NCBI GenBank assembly: GCA_051313645.2
Contig: JBNRSN020000024.1
Span: 30,752,001-30,816,000 of the forward strand
Source: Centroscyllium fabricii
Taxonomy: Eukaryota
Direction: 5' to 3'
DNA: 64,000 bases
Shown one piece after another: positions 1 through 13,053 of this stretch; position 1 is the stretch's first letter, and each line of letters begins with the position of its first letter. Under the pieces are notes generated by a model. The model was not told where the DNA came from, ran no database searches, and worked only from the letters and a program-made list of their open reading frames with translations. A program made the translations under genes and the position numbers.

Positions 1-1010
1 TCAGCCACAAATGAAAGTCACAAATGACATTTTCTGTGACTGCGATCATTGTGCATTATCTCTAGTCAACCTATGCAGCCTTTGACAGTCGAACACCATC
101 CTTGTCTAATGGCCCTCCTGTATTTTTCAGCTTAGTGGGATTACCCTCACTTGGGGTCACTCTTACCTATCTGATCATAGCCAAAGTACCTCCAACAATG
201 GCTTCTCTACCCACCCCTATACCATTACCTCCGGAGTCCCGCAAAGATCTATCCTTGGCCTCTTCTCTTGGTGACATGATCTGCAGTTATGAGGTCAGCT
301 TTTACATACATGCTCTACCTCTCGACCACCTGTCTCAACCCCTCCTCTGCCTCAGTTGTCTGACTGCTGATCCAACATCCAGTCTTAAATGAGCCACAGT
401 TTCCTCCAGTTAAACATTGGGAAAACCACTGCCATTGTCATCGAGCCCACAAACTCCATAAACTTATCACTGGTTCAGTCTGGGACGGGGATGGAACCGA
501 ACAGCTCAGGGCACTGAGGTTGTGAACAAAGTTTCTAACCCCATATACACTCCATCACAAGGACCTCCTACTTCCATCTCCGTAACATTGCCTGCCGCCA
601 CCCCTGCCTCAGCCCATCTGCTGCTGAAATCCTCATCCATACCTTTGTCACCTCCAGACTCGACTATTCCAGTGCTCTCCTGGCCAGCCTCCCATCCTCC
701 TTCCTCCATAAACTTCAGGTCATCCAAAACTCTGCTGCTTGTATCCTATCCCACACCAAGTCCCACGCACCCATCACCTAAACCCCCTCCCTTCATAGCC
801 ATGCCTTCAACTGCCAAGGCCCCACACTCTAGAATTTCCTCCTTAAACCCCTCCTCCTCCCTCTCCTCCATTAAGACCCTTCTTAAAATCCACCTCTTCG
901 ACCAAGCTGTTCGTCTCTCTACTTTGGCTTAGTATTCAAATTTTTTTCTTACATCTCTGTGGGACATTTTTCCTATATTAAAAGGTGCTATATAAATGCA
1001 ATTTTCTGTT
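1..1010 (+). mobile_element. Degenerate L2 LINE, 3' part
   Basis: RT remnants (AAFD..H, PQGSILG-like) and 3' tail aaaggtgctatataaatgcaa; similar to the L2 at 56186-57860. Confidence 0.75.
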
Positions 1011-1191
1011 GTATATGCACAATACAGCCAGCACACGGTTTGTACAATAAAGGCACGGTGTGCGTGCACATACGACATTAGTTAAAGGCGGTACGTTCTG
1101 CAGGTGACAAACACAGCGAGAGTATTCAGATAGATGGAATTTTAACTCTGCCTCTGAAACAGTTTACAACTTTGCAAGAAGTGGCACTCAC

Positions 1192-1303
1192 TTTCCAGGG
1201 TCTGGCATCTGGCTGCAGACAGCTCGGAGTGATTGGAAGCTGTTCCTGATTGAGTGAATGTTCGCCATTCCCATGAACATCACTTCACAGTTTGGATAAT
1301 ACT
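1192..1303 (-). CDS. MTMR4: MTMR4 coding exon, 112 nt (gene continues beyond position 1)
   Basis: (E)YYPNCEVMFMGMANIHSIRNSFQSLRAVCSQMPDPG(N); acceptor ttgcag, donor gtgag; phase 1/2. Confidence 0.95.
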
Positions 1304-2861
1304 CTGCAATAAAGAATCAGCTAATCAGGGTGTAAGAAGGCAGCAATATCGGTGATTCTGTCTAGGATTAGGATTCAGAGAACTTTCACACACTGCGTGT
1401 AATGGATATCACAGTGCAGATCATATCTATGTCTTCAGAAAAGACTTACAGCCAAACCCCGGTAACAGTCATGCAAACCAGGAGATTACAGTTCACAAAG
1501 TACAGATGGAGGGAGGCCCTTCGGCCCATCAAGTTCATTCTTTCATAAAAGCCTATGGTCCCCACTACCACAACATCTAAATCCGCTTCAATGATTCCAC
1601 TACTCTACATAGATGGTAATTCCAGGGATTAATCTGTGTGTGAACAAATCCTGCCTTATAGAAACATAGAAGATAGGAGCAGGAGTCGGTCATTCGGCCC
1701 CTCGAGCCTGCTCCGCCATTCAATGCTATCATGGCTGAGCTGATCTTCCCTTTAACTAGTTTGTGATATAAAATATAACCTGGGCCGCGAAGTTCGCATT
1801 TGGTTCTAGTTTGTCACAATTTAAGACAAGCAAAATAATCCATTAATCCCATTCACAGCACCATTACAGATGAGGGAGCCATGTGGCCCATCTTAATTCA
1901 TTAATCCAGAATGACCCTGAAGATTCCCATTACAGCATCCAATTGATTCTTAAACGATTCCAGAGATTTTGCTTCCAATGCTCTTTCCGGGAGACCATTC
2001 TAGGATTTGATCATTATTTGTGTGAACAGAAACTTTTTGACATTAGTCTGAAATTTGCAATTTTTTTTTACTGGTTTAAGACCTGCAATCCCACCGTCAT
2101 CATTTAGTGTCATTTTAGTGGGCATGAGACGTTGCAACATTACCCAAATTTAACAACTGTGATAAACAAAAACAAAAATTAAGCATTTTAAAATACTTTT
2201 TTTTCCAAATTTCATTCACACCCTCCTCCCCCAAACTACAACCCAAAATCACAAAGCCAATACATATCAAAGTTACGCACTCCAACCCGTATCCGCCTAA
2301 GAATCCACATTTTCATTTAGGGCACTCGAGGAGAAATCACAGATTCAAGCTTACTTGCTGCCTTATGAGACACAGTACAAACTCACAACAATAAATAACT
2401 AAAGGTTATAATTCAATTATTTATTACATTTAAACAATTCATATATTCAATACATTCCAACAAATGCGACACACACAGGATATAGGTTTCAGATATGCTT
2501 CTTTTAGCTCATATGCTTCAAACTGTGATCCCAGGAGTCTGGTCATCTGCAGGAGGATCTTAAGGAGCCCTCTAACTTGGGTCTGTCCGTCCACTGGTTT
2601 CTGTATTGATGGCTTCCTAGCGTGTTATTTCTGTTGCTATATATTAGTAAAACATGCATGCTGAATGTCAACACTGCTCCTCTCTCGATAGCTAACACAG
2701 TCTTTAGGAGAGGAGTCCTCCGAGCATGCGGGGGTTGTTTCAGTTTGAAAACCACTTCTTTAGGTGGTTTAATTGCTGAAAAAGTAACTTCAGAATGGTT
2801 GAAAGTCCTGTAACCTGAATTGGCATGATGCTGTTTTGGGATGCTCCCAGGAAGGGGAGTC

Positions 2862-4310
2862 AAGAGTCATAATGGCACAGAAGGAGGCCATTCGGTCCAT
2901 TGAGTCCGTGCCGGCTCTCTGTAGGGCAATCCAGTCAGTCCCATTGCCCCGCTCTATCCCCGTAGCCCTGCAAGTTTATTTCCCTCAAGTGCCTATCCAG
3001 TCTCCCCTTGAAAATACTGAGCGTCTCCGCTTCCACCACTACCGTCGGCAGCAAGTTCCAGGTCCTCACCACTCGCTGCATAAAAAGTTTTTCCTCACAT
3101 CCCCCCTGTATCTCTTGCCCAAAATCTTAAATCTGTGTCCCCTAGTCAGTGTACCATCAACTAGCGGGAACAGCCTTTCCCAACCCGTCATAAACTTGCA
3201 CACCTCTGTCAAATCACCCCTCAACGTCCTTTGCTCCAATGAAAACAAATCCAGCTTCTCCAACCTGTTCTTGTAGGTAAGATCCCTCATCCCTGGAACC
3301 ATTCTGGTAAATCTCCTCTGCACCCTCCCAAGGGCCTTCACATCCTTCCTAAAGTGTGGTGACCAGAACTGGACGCAATACTCCAGTTGTGGCCTAACCA
3401 GCATAACTTCTCTACTTTTGTACTCAATACATCTATTAATGAAGCCCAAGATCCCATAAGCTTTGCTAACCACTCTCTCAATATGTCCCACTACCTTCAG
3501 GGACCTAGGCACCTTAATCCCCAGGTCCCTCTGTCCCTGCACACTCTTTAAACTGGGCCGTTAAGTGTATTTTGCCTCGCCCTGTTCCTTCTGCCAAAAT
3601 GCATCACCTCACACTTCTCTGTATTAAATGCCCATTCTGCCATCCTTTCTATGGCCTGTTGCAGTCAATTGGTATCATCTGTACTATTTGCCACACCCCC
3701 AAGATTGGTGTCATCAGCAAATTTAGAAATTCTACTCTGTATTCCAATATCCAGATCATTTATATATATATCAAAACAAGCAGTGGCCCCAGCACTGACC
3801 CTTGGGGAACACCACTGTCTACCATGCTCCAGTCTGAAAAATAGCCATTTACCACAACTCGCTGTTTTCTATCATAAAGCCAATTCCTTATCCAAGCTGC
3901 CACTGACTCACCTATTCCATGAGCCTTAATTTTGTTAACCAGCCTTCTATGTGGTACTTTGTCAAACGCCTTCCTAAAATCCATGTAAACAGCATCTATT
4001 GCATTCACTTCATCAATCCTCCATTACTTTATCAAAAAATTCAATTAGATTAGTCAAACACAATCTGCCTTTTACAAATCAGTGTTAGCTCTCCTTAATT
4101 AGCTTAAACCTCTCCAAGTGCCCATTGATTTTTTTCCTTGATTATTGTTTAAAAAGCTTTATCCACGACTAATGTTAAACTGACCGGCCTGTAGTTACTA
4201 GGATTGTCCTTGCACCCTTTCTTGAACAATGGTGTCAGATTTGCCACTTTCCAATCCTTAGGCACGACTCCCCGCATCTAGGGAAGATTGGAAAATTATG
4301 GCAAGCCAAA
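2862..4310 (-). mobile_element. CR1 LINE, 5'-truncated (RT and 3' UTR)
   Basis: YMDFRKAFDKVPH, GVPQGSVLGPLL, RPQLEYCVQFWSP, TRGHRFK motifs. Confidence 0.9.
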
Positions 4311-4733
4311 TTATGGGATTCTCAGACCTGACTATTGCTGGCTCTGGTTTGAAGACTTGATTGGACAGGTCACCTACTGAGTCTGTTATCCAGTCTCTGA
4401 AAGGTATTCAGTAGACCCCACGGTTGCTTGCATCTTTGTGCCTCCCTGCAGATGGGTGGACAGGTTAACAGGAATACTTCTCTATGTAATGAGACACATA
4501 CAGTAACCTCCCCCTCCCCGTGCTATTTGGAGAGTTACATCCTGACACTGCTCGCTCTGGCCTATTACCCTTGCTGTGTACATGGGCAAACAAAAATGCT
4601 CCTTCCACAATCCACTCCAGGGTTGTTCAGTATCTACTGACTGGGGCAGAGGATTCGAGATAACTCCGTCTTGGGGATGCAATTTGGGTTCAGGAGCACA
4701 TGCTCTGCCAGTGTGCCATTGTACAATGCATAC

Positions 4734-4862
4734 CTTCACACTCACAACCGCCACCCTTCGCTCGGTTGGCTACAGCTGCTGTGTATGATCTTGCATCCAA
4801 AATAAGCAACTTCTGTGGTGTCCCTCCACTCTCTGCTACAGATCCTGAGGTTATGGATGAAT
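4734..4862 (-). CDS. MTMR4: MTMR4 coding exon, 129 nt
   Basis: (D)SSITSGSVAESGGTPQKLLILDARSYTAAVANRAKGGGCECE; acceptor ttctag, donor gtatg; phase 1/1. Confidence 0.95.
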
Positions 4863-5339
4863 CTAGAACAAGAAATTGTTACATTTGAATTCACAACTTT
4901 AGTGCTGTGAGCAGCTTGATCCTTAATGGATAGTGATATCAGTTACCTTAACTCACAAAGGCAAACAATTTAACCGTAAAAAATATACAGACCTTTGCAA
5001 GGAGGCAGAATTGTGGCTGGGCAGGACATGCGTCTACCGCGACAGCCCCGTGCCCCTAATCCTGGTGACAGGGTTATTTAAATATTTGGATAAGATGCTT
5101 CCCTCCTCCCTGCGCCAGAGGCACCTGTTCCACTGAAGGGACTGAATTCGGAGTGGCATGCTGGTCTTCCAAGGTCAAAGACTGAAAGCCAAAAAGTAAT
5201 TTCATGCACGACAGGGAACTGATGGGCAGCAATCTTAAGGTAATCAATCTTTTGGGAATTAATAACCTTTGGGTTCTTTATTGTTGGGGACTTCAGAAGA
5301 CTAAGAATGGAATGGTAACTGCTCTCAGCAGGGTTGATT

Positions 5340-5716
5340 CATAGAAACATAGAAACTAGGAGCAGGAGTAGGCCATTCGAGCCTGCTCCGCCATTCAATG
5401 AGATCATGGCTGATCATCCAAACCCAGTACCCTGTCCCTGCTTTCTCCCCATATCCCTCGATCCCTAATCGACACATATCCCACCCTATCCCCGTAACCC
5501 CACATATTTAATCCCCCTAACACCAAGGGTCAATTTATCCTGGCCAATCAACCTAACCCGCACATCTTTGGACTGTGGGAGGAAACCGGAGCACCCGGAG
5601 GAAACCCACGCAGACACGGGGAGAATGTGCAAACTCCACACAGATAGTACCCGAGGCTGGATTTGAACCCGGGTCTCCAGTGCTGTGAGACAACAGTGCT
5701 AACCACCGTGCCGCCC
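5340..5716 (-). mobile_element. tRNA-derived V-SINE (HE1-like) with long CR1 tail
   Basis: A box and B box (GGTTCAAATCC), V-domain GGAGTTTGCACATTCTCCCCGTGTCTGCGTGGGTTTCCTCCGGGTGCTCCGG, (TTTCTATG)n tail. Confidence 0.9.
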
Positions 5717-6182
5717 ATGATCTATCCCTGGGTTGAATCCGTGGGGTTGCCCTTGAATGCGCCCAGGGACATAATGGGGGAAGGCCAAAAGTATACTTTC
5801 ACCTAGTGCATAATTTCTGGGAGTTTTTAATGTGGGTCGTAAACATGGTGGATCTGGGTTCTGCCCTATTTTTTCGCTTCCGCAAGAAATGCATTGAAGT
5901 TCCACCCCCTGACTGGTATTCCTAGCCTTTTGCTCTTTATAGGATCAAGCTGCCTCTGTTTGTCCCCTCAATCTTTGCTGTCAACAGACTGTGCACCAGA
6001 TATAGTTGGTGGTGGGGTGTTAGGAGGAAGGGATTTGGCGTGAAGGCTTATTTCCAGGCCACTGGCTTTTCAGATCTGATCAAGCGTGGCAGCTGACTGC
6101 TTCAGCTATCTCCCCCTTTCTGCAAAAAAACACCCGGGTTTTACTCAGTGATGTAGCTGGGACATATTGCTGCACTGGTGAA

Positions 6183-6680
6183 GACATAAGAAGTAGGAGC
6201 AGGAGTAGGCCAAACAGCCCCTCGGGCCTGCTCCGCCAGTCAATAGGATCATGGCTGATCCGAACTTAGACTCACGTCCACTTCCCTGCCCTCTCCCCGT
6301 AACCCCTTACTCCCCTATCAGTTAGGAAACTGTCTATCTCCGTTTTAAGTTTATTTAATGTCGCAGCTCCCACAGCTCTCTGGTAGTAAATTCCATAGAT
6401 TTACTACCCTGAGTGAAGAAGTTTCTCCTCATCTCAGTTTTGAAAAGGCAGCCCCGTATTCTCAGATTATGCCCCCTAGTTCTAGTCTCACCCATCAGTG
6501 GAAACATCCTCACCGCATCCACCCGATCAAGCCCCCTCACAATATTATATGTTTTGATAAGATCGCCTCTCATTCTTCTGAATTGCAGTGAGTAGAGGCC
6601 CAACCTACTCAACCTTTCCTAAGTTAACCCCCTCATCTCCGGAATCAACCGAGTGAACCTTCTCTGAACTGCCTCGAGAG
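6183..6680 (-). mobile_element. CR1 LINE 3' fragment
   Basis: LGLYSL.FRRMRGDLI...TRGHNLRI and CR1 3' UTR. Confidence 0.85.
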
Positions 6681-7285
6681 CATGGGCATGAAGCGGTATT
6701 CCATCAGTCAATGGCACTGCTCTCTGGTAAACCAAATTTCTAACCTGCCTTGGCTAACTTTTTTTGCATTTAAAAAAAATTCAATTTTTTAAGATTTCCT
6801 ATTCCCCTGTACAGTTGGTGGAGAGTGAGAAGACACTCTGGACCTCATCTCTAGTGCAGCTGCCCATCAAAATTCAAAGCAAACAGCCCTGTTGTGGGGC
6901 CAAAATTCTGAATAGTTGGGTTGAAAAACCAGTGGTGCATGCACAATTAGACTCATTTTACATCTTTGGGCTTGGGAGGTGAAGGAACAAAAATAAATCA
7001 AGATTCTGCTCCTTGTCACTATCTAGTGACGTCTGCTGGGAAGTGCATGTGTGAACATTGGCGAGAATAAGACTGAGTTTGGCTGTGACTCCCCAACAGT
7101 TGAATTTCACTGTCTAGGCTCATGTATGTTGAATGGCTACTTGAGCGAGGTGCTCGAGGGCATCCATGTTTTATTCCAGCATGAATTAGCACCCTCAGAA
7201 GAGGAGATGGGAAGAAATCTGGATAATAAATAACTCTCGAGCTTCCCAATTCGGTATAAGGGAGCTTTCCAGTCTGCCTTCTCAC

Positions 7286-7470
7286 CAAAGTCTGTGTCGG
7301 ACAGATCAGTTCCCTCATTCTTGCTCTTTCCACCCAGATTGGCTCCTCGGTCTAAGATGCAGGCTTTGGCAATGGACGTCACCAGATATTCATCATCTGC
7401 GTTCCGCCAGCCCCACCAGCTGATTTCCGGCTGACTGCAGCGTGATATCACAGCACCATTCCGCAGATGT
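7286..7470 (-). CDS. MTMR4: MTMR4 coding exon, 185 nt
   Basis: HLRNGAVISRCSQPEISWWGWRNADDEYLVTSIAKACILDRGANLGGKSKNEGTDLSDTDF; acceptor ccccag, donor gtgag; phase 2/1. Confidence 0.95.
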
Positions 7471-8214
7471 CTGGGGAAAACACCACACACGGTTAGTCAG
7501 CGCACACATTGTAACCAGGACACCACATAGCATGGAATATGTGTGTTTTTTCATTCTCAATATTTAAACCTGTTGAGTTCAGTTAAATGTCACACATTCA
7601 ATCATGTGGAGCGCTCCCTGGGTCACTCCGTAGGAACGGAGATCATTATGCTGCATTGTAGTGATATATCCTGATTGATGATATATCACTTCTTTTGTGG
7701 TGGAATGCAAGGAAACTTAACTTTTAAAACCAGAATTTGGAAACTAAGAACTGACTGAGATTAAAAGGATATAATTCCACTTGTGCATCCTGGTGTGGAG
7801 CCTCACCTACTAAGGAGTGCATATTGAGTAACTGTGTATACATGCAGTCTACAATTTTAAGAACATAAGAAATAGGAGCAGGAGTAGGCCAATCCGCCCC
7901 TCGAGCCTGCTCTGCCACCCAACAAGATCATGGCCGATCTGATATTTCTGTTCATTTATTTCTGAAAACAGAAAATTTACCCTCAAGTGTTTACCTCAGA
8001 ATTATCTGTCAACACAAACATTTTTTGTTTTTTCACTCCTTTTTTAAAATTCTCTCTCCTCCACTCCTGAAATTACTTGCGCTTGCTGTGGCATTGTTGC
8101 ACAGATGCCAGTCAGCCTCTGGTACCGTGCTTAAGTGGCCATTCTTAATGTATGAGCCTAGATGCTGCTAACGAGTGAATCGATTCAAACAGCAAGAATG
8201 TTCAAAGTAAACTA

Positions 8215-8580
8215 CAGGTTGAACACCGTTAATCCGGCAGGGTCGGGACCAGCATCCTACCGGATTGTGAAAGCGCCAAATGATTGAAGTCATGGCGGCG
8301 CATGCACACAGCATTCAAAATGGGCGCCACAAAATTTTGAATGATCTGCGCATGCGCCGCCGAACGGTGGTGAGCGCATGCGCAGATCATTCAAAATGGC
8401 TGCTGGAAGTTTTGAATGGTCTGCGCATGCGCTCGCCATTCGGCGGCGCATGCACAGACCATTCGCCGAAGCATCAATCGTGGCAGCCATTTTGCACATG
8501 CACAGGGCAGTTGGGGCAATTTATGCCGGATGACTGAAGCTGCCGGTTTTTCGGGTAACGGATTAACGGTGTTCAACCTG
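8215..8580. mobile_element. Tc1/mariner (pogo/Tigger-like) MITE
   Basis: Perfect 22-bp TIR CAGGTTGAACACCGTTAATCCG, TA on both sides; palindromic CpG-rich interior. Confidence 0.9.
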
Positions 8581-8817
8581 TAGTTGCAAAAGCAGTGAAC
8601 TACAATTTTTTTAAAAACACCCAAAGCAAGTGTTTTGCCACTGGCGCACATTACTGAAATGAAAGGGCAAGGATTAATGCTTTTGCGCACTGAATGTCTT
8701 TTGGAAGCAGCACATTGGTCAACAACCAAAAGTGATTTTTCTTTACAATGTTTACATGTTGGCAGAATACTCAACCACAGGGCATCATAGCCAAGCACAA
8801 CACTCTCTTCACCTACA

Positions 8818-9320
8818 TAGAATGAATGAAACAGCACAGGAGACAGCCATTTGGCCCATCATGCCTGTGCCAGCTCTTTGGAAGAGCTATCTGATTAATC
8901 CCACTCACATGCTCTTTCCCCATAGCCCTGTAATTGTTTTACCCATCAAATATTTATACAATTCTCTTTTGAATGTTACCACTGAATCTGCTTCCACCAC
9001 ACTTTCAGGCAGTGCACTGCGGATCACAACAACTTTCTGCGTAAAAATGCTTCATGTCGCCTCTGGTTCTTTTGCCAGTCACCTTAAATCTATGTCCTCT
9101 GGTTACCGACACTTTTGCCACTGGAAACAGTTTCTCCTTATTTACTCTATCAAAACCCTTCATGATTTTGAACACCTCTATCAAATCTCCTCTTAACCTT
9201 CTTTGCTCCAAGGAGAAAAACCTCAGCTTCTCCAGTCTCTCCAGGTAACTGGATTCCCTCATCCCGGCTAACATGCTAGTAAATCTCTTCTGCATCCTCT
9301 CTAAGGCCTTGACATCCTAC
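8818..9320 (-). mobile_element. CR1 LINE 3' fragment
   Basis: RLEKL.FFSLEQRRLRGDLIEVFKIM...TRGHRFK. Confidence 0.85.
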
Positions 9321-9420
9321 ACACACACTTTCCAACAGGGGCCACTGGATAATGTTCAGGAGCAGAAAGTTTAATCTATCCCAGTGACACGGAGGCAAAA
9401 TGTGGTATAAGACGGCTCCT

Positions 9421-9720
9421 GCATAGAAGAAGATAGCAGCAGGAGTAGGCCATTCGGCCCCTCGAGTCTGCTCCGCCATTCGATGAGATCATGGCTGATC
9501 ATCCAAACTCAGTACCCCATACCCGCCTTCTCTCCATATCCCTTTAGCTCCAAGAACTATATCTAACTCCCTCTTGAATATATTTAATGACTTGGTCTCA
9601 ACTACATTCTCTGGTAGAGAATTCCATAGGTTCACCACTCTCTGGGTGAAGAAATTCTTCCTCATCTCTGTCCTAAATGGCTTACCCCTTATCCTTAGCG
9701 GCCTATCCCTTATCCTTAGA
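9421..9720 (-). mobile_element. CR1 3' end
   Basis: NFFTQRVVNLWNSLP plus CR1 tail identical in type to the V-SINE tail. Confidence 0.8.
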
Positions 9721-9721
9721 G

Positions 9722-11430
9722 ATTTTTCTTTTTAATGTATTTGTTTTTATGGGATGTGGGCATCGCTGGAAAGGCCAGCATTTATTGCCCATCTCTAATT
9801 ACCCTCGAGAAGGTGGTGGTAAGCCATCTTCTTGGACCGCTGCAGTCCGTGTGGTGAAGGTACTCCCACAGTGCTGTTAGGGAGGGAGTTCCAGGATTTT
9901 GACCCAGCGACGATGAAGGATCTGCTATATACTTCTACGTCAGGATTGTGTATGACTTGGAAGGGAACTTGGAGGTGGTGGTGTTCCCCTGCGCCTGCTG
10001 CCCTTGTCCTTCTAGGTGGAAGAGGTCGTGGGTTTGGGAGGTGCTGCCGAAGAAGCCTTGGCGAGTTGCTGCAGTGCATCTTGTAGATGGTACACACTGC
10101 AGCCACGGTACGCCGGTGGTGGTGGAAGTGAAATTTTAAGGTTGTGGATGGGGTGCCAATCAAGCGGGCTGCTTTGTCCTGGATGGTGTCGAGCTTCTTG
10201 CGTGTTGTTGGAGCTGCACTCATCCAAGCAAGTGGCGAGTACTCCATCACACTCCTTACTTGTGCCTTGTAGATGGTGGGAAGGCTTTGGGGAATCAAGA
10301 CATGAGACATTCACCGCAGAATACCTAGCCTCTGACCTGCTCTTGTTGCCACAGTATTTATGTGGCTGGTCCAGTTAAGTTTCTGGTAAATGGTGACCCC
10401 CCAGGATGTTGATGGTGGGGGATTCGGCGATGGTAATGCCGCTGAATGTCATAGTGCAGTGACCAGACTCTCGCTTATTGGAGATGGTCATTGCCTGGCA
10501 CCTCTGTGGAGGCGGTGGCGCAGTGGTTATGTCACTAGACTAGTAAGCCAGAGGTTTAGTCAAATGCTCTGAGGATATGGGTTCAAATCCCACCACGGCA
10601 GCTGGTGGAATTTAAATTCAATTCAAATTAATTCTGGAATTAAATGTTAGTCTTAGTAATGGCGACCATGATACCATTGTCGATTGTTGCAAAAACCCAT
10701 CTGGTTCACTAATGTCCTTTAGAGAAGGAAATCTGCCGTCCTTACCTGGTCTGGCCTACATGTGACTCCAGACCCACAGCAATGTGGTTGACTCTTAATG
10801 CCCTCTGAAATGGCCTAGCAAGCCACTCAGTTGTAAACAACCACTACGCAACATTGTGGGTGTACCTACACCATATGGACTGCAGCGGTTCAAGAAGGCG
10901 GCTCACCACCATCTTCTCAAGGGCAATTAGGGATGGGCACTAAATGCAGGCCTAGCCAGCCAGCGACGCCCACATCCCATCAACAAATTTTTTTTAAATA
11001 AAAAAATGTTATTGCCACTTATCAGCCCAAGCCTGAATGTCATCCAGGTCTTGTTGCATTTGGGCATGGACTGCTTCAGTATCTGAGGAGTTGTGAATAG
11101 CGCTGAACACCCTGCATCAGCAAACATCCCCATTTCTAACCTTATGTTGGAGGGAAGGTCCTGAGGAACTCCTGCAGCGATGTCCTGGGGCTGTGATGAT
11201 TGACCTTCAACCACCACAACTATCTTCCTTTGTGCTCGATATGACTCCAGCCAGTGGAGTTTACCCCCCAATTCCCATTGATTTCAGTTTTACTAGGGCT
11301 CCTTGATGCCACACTTAGTCAAATGCTGCCTTGATGTCAAGGGTAGTCACTCTCACCTCACCTCTGAAATTCAGCTCCTTTGTCCATGTTTGGACCAAGG
11401 CTGGAATGAGGTCTGGAGCCGAGTGGGTTT
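9722..11430 (-). mobile_element. Non-LTR retrotransposon 3' fragment (CR1-group, distinct from the canonical CR1s; exact clade uncertain), split by a SINE
   Basis: TLDIKAAFD.VWH, AGVPQ, MFAD, YKAQVRSVMEYSPLAWMSA motifs; A-rich tail near 9722. Confidence 0.8.
10508..11007 (+). mobile_element. tRNA-derived SINE whose 3' tail matches the surrounding LINE
   Basis: A box TGGCGCAGTGG, B box GGTTCAAATCC; last ~150 nt match the LINE 3' end at 9740-9880; A-rich tail. Confidence 0.85.
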
Positions 11431-11710
11431 TCGGGTTAGGGTTTAAATCTGGGCCCTTTAATCTGCGAGACTCAGTACTACATTGAGCAGTGCCTTTCCC
11501 CTCAGCTATCGTGGAAAGTCTGCCCTCTCATACATGTATCTGCACAGTCCCCCTTCAGCATTCTGCCTACAGAACACCTTCTGCACTCCAAAAATAATTC
11601 ACAATGTGAAGCGCTTCATGATACTTCAGCAATGCAATAAAGTATTTAAATGCAGTTTATCTTTAATTTTCTGTGTGATCATATCTCTTGTATGTAAACT
11701 AACAGAAACA

Positions 11711-12072
11711 TGACACTTGTTGGTAACCTCCACAATAAAGTGGATAACCCTGTGGTAAACCTCTAATACTGTTTACCACTGTTATACTGTTCCAGTTATA
11801 TAGTTGCTCACTGTTGTCCTGTTATATGGTTCTGTCGATAAAGTTGCACTGTTCTGTATATAGTTACCTCTTGTCCACCACTGTATCTACCTGGGATGTC
11901 TCTGCCGGCTCCGCCCCGGGCTCCACCCACAGGTTGTGGTATAAAGGTGGCAGCCCTGCTGACCCCTGACATTCCAGGAGCAGATAGTGTTGAGACGTGT
12001 GCTTCAGATCTTTTGTTAATAAAAGCCTTGATTACCTAATTCTGTCGATTAACAGTAACTGATCGTGCATCA
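11711..12072 (+). mobile_element. Probable solo LTR
   Basis: TG...CA ends, GC box, TATAAA near 11940, AATAAA near 12018; TSD not clean, so the left boundary is uncertain. Confidence 0.5.
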
Positions 12073-13053
12073 AACCCTTCACCATGTTAGATAGTGTGTT
12101 GGGAGGTAGGCTTTAGGGCCATGGTAACAGTTTCAGGGCACTGACATGGGTGGTGTGGGGTAGTATGGTGTGTGCAAGTGCTCATTTTTAATGTTGGCAA
12201 ATGCTGTAGGGTGGCTGCAGCTGCAGTTCAAATTATGAGGATGTCTATTTTAACCCAAGCTGTGTGCAGTTTATAAACGGTTAGAGGGACTCTACCAGAC
12301 ATGGGGCAGGTTGTTGAAAAAGGTGCCATGTTTAAATTAGCTTATACTGTCTGTTTTCCTCGTGACTTATTTCACAACTTCATTACCCTTTAGGTTAACA
12401 GAATATTTACCTTTTTACTCATAACTTACGAATTTAACTTATGAACCATGGTATTTGAACCTTCAGTGAAAGGCCGGAATGCAGCAACGGCAGTAACACA
12501 GGCTCCTTTCCAGGAGTTTAGCTTGGTGAGCAGAAAAAGCAATATAATCTGAAAGTGCACTTCAAATCTCAGGAATACTTAAAAATAAAGTTAGTCTTTT
12601 AAAAAGGTGAAATATTCAGCCGTTTTCCCAGTGTCCTGGTCAACATTCCTCCCTCAAACAACAAAGAACAGATTAATGGGTCATTTATTAATTGGCTGTT
12701 TCTGGGACCGTGCTGTGCAGTTTGGCTGCCACATTAAGAATTTGTTGGCTTTGAGGAACTTTGGATTATCATGAGGAACTATATAAACACAAGTTTTTCC
12801 TATTTTAAATCATGGATGTTTCAGCAATGACTGCGAGCGGATATGCTCACACCACATCCCTAAATGTCACGGAAGCACGAATAATCATTAACATCCTTTG
12901 ACAATATTATGAGAAAACTTGCGTTTATATAGTGCTTTGTTGTGTCTCTGGGAAACATATCAACATCATATACAATGAATTACTCAAGAATTATGATTAT
13001 ATAGGTAAACATGGCAGCACAGTAAGGTCCCACAGCAGTAATGAGATCAATGA

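Noticed and set aside
2130-2860. Possible minus-strand solo LTR split by the CR1 at 2862
   Set aside because: LTR-like composition only; I could not fix termini or a TSD
5640-5716. tRNA genes at SINE heads (also 10508, 19376, 33470, 46835)
   Set aside because: A/B boxes are present but they continue into SINE bodies and lack a full cloverleaf
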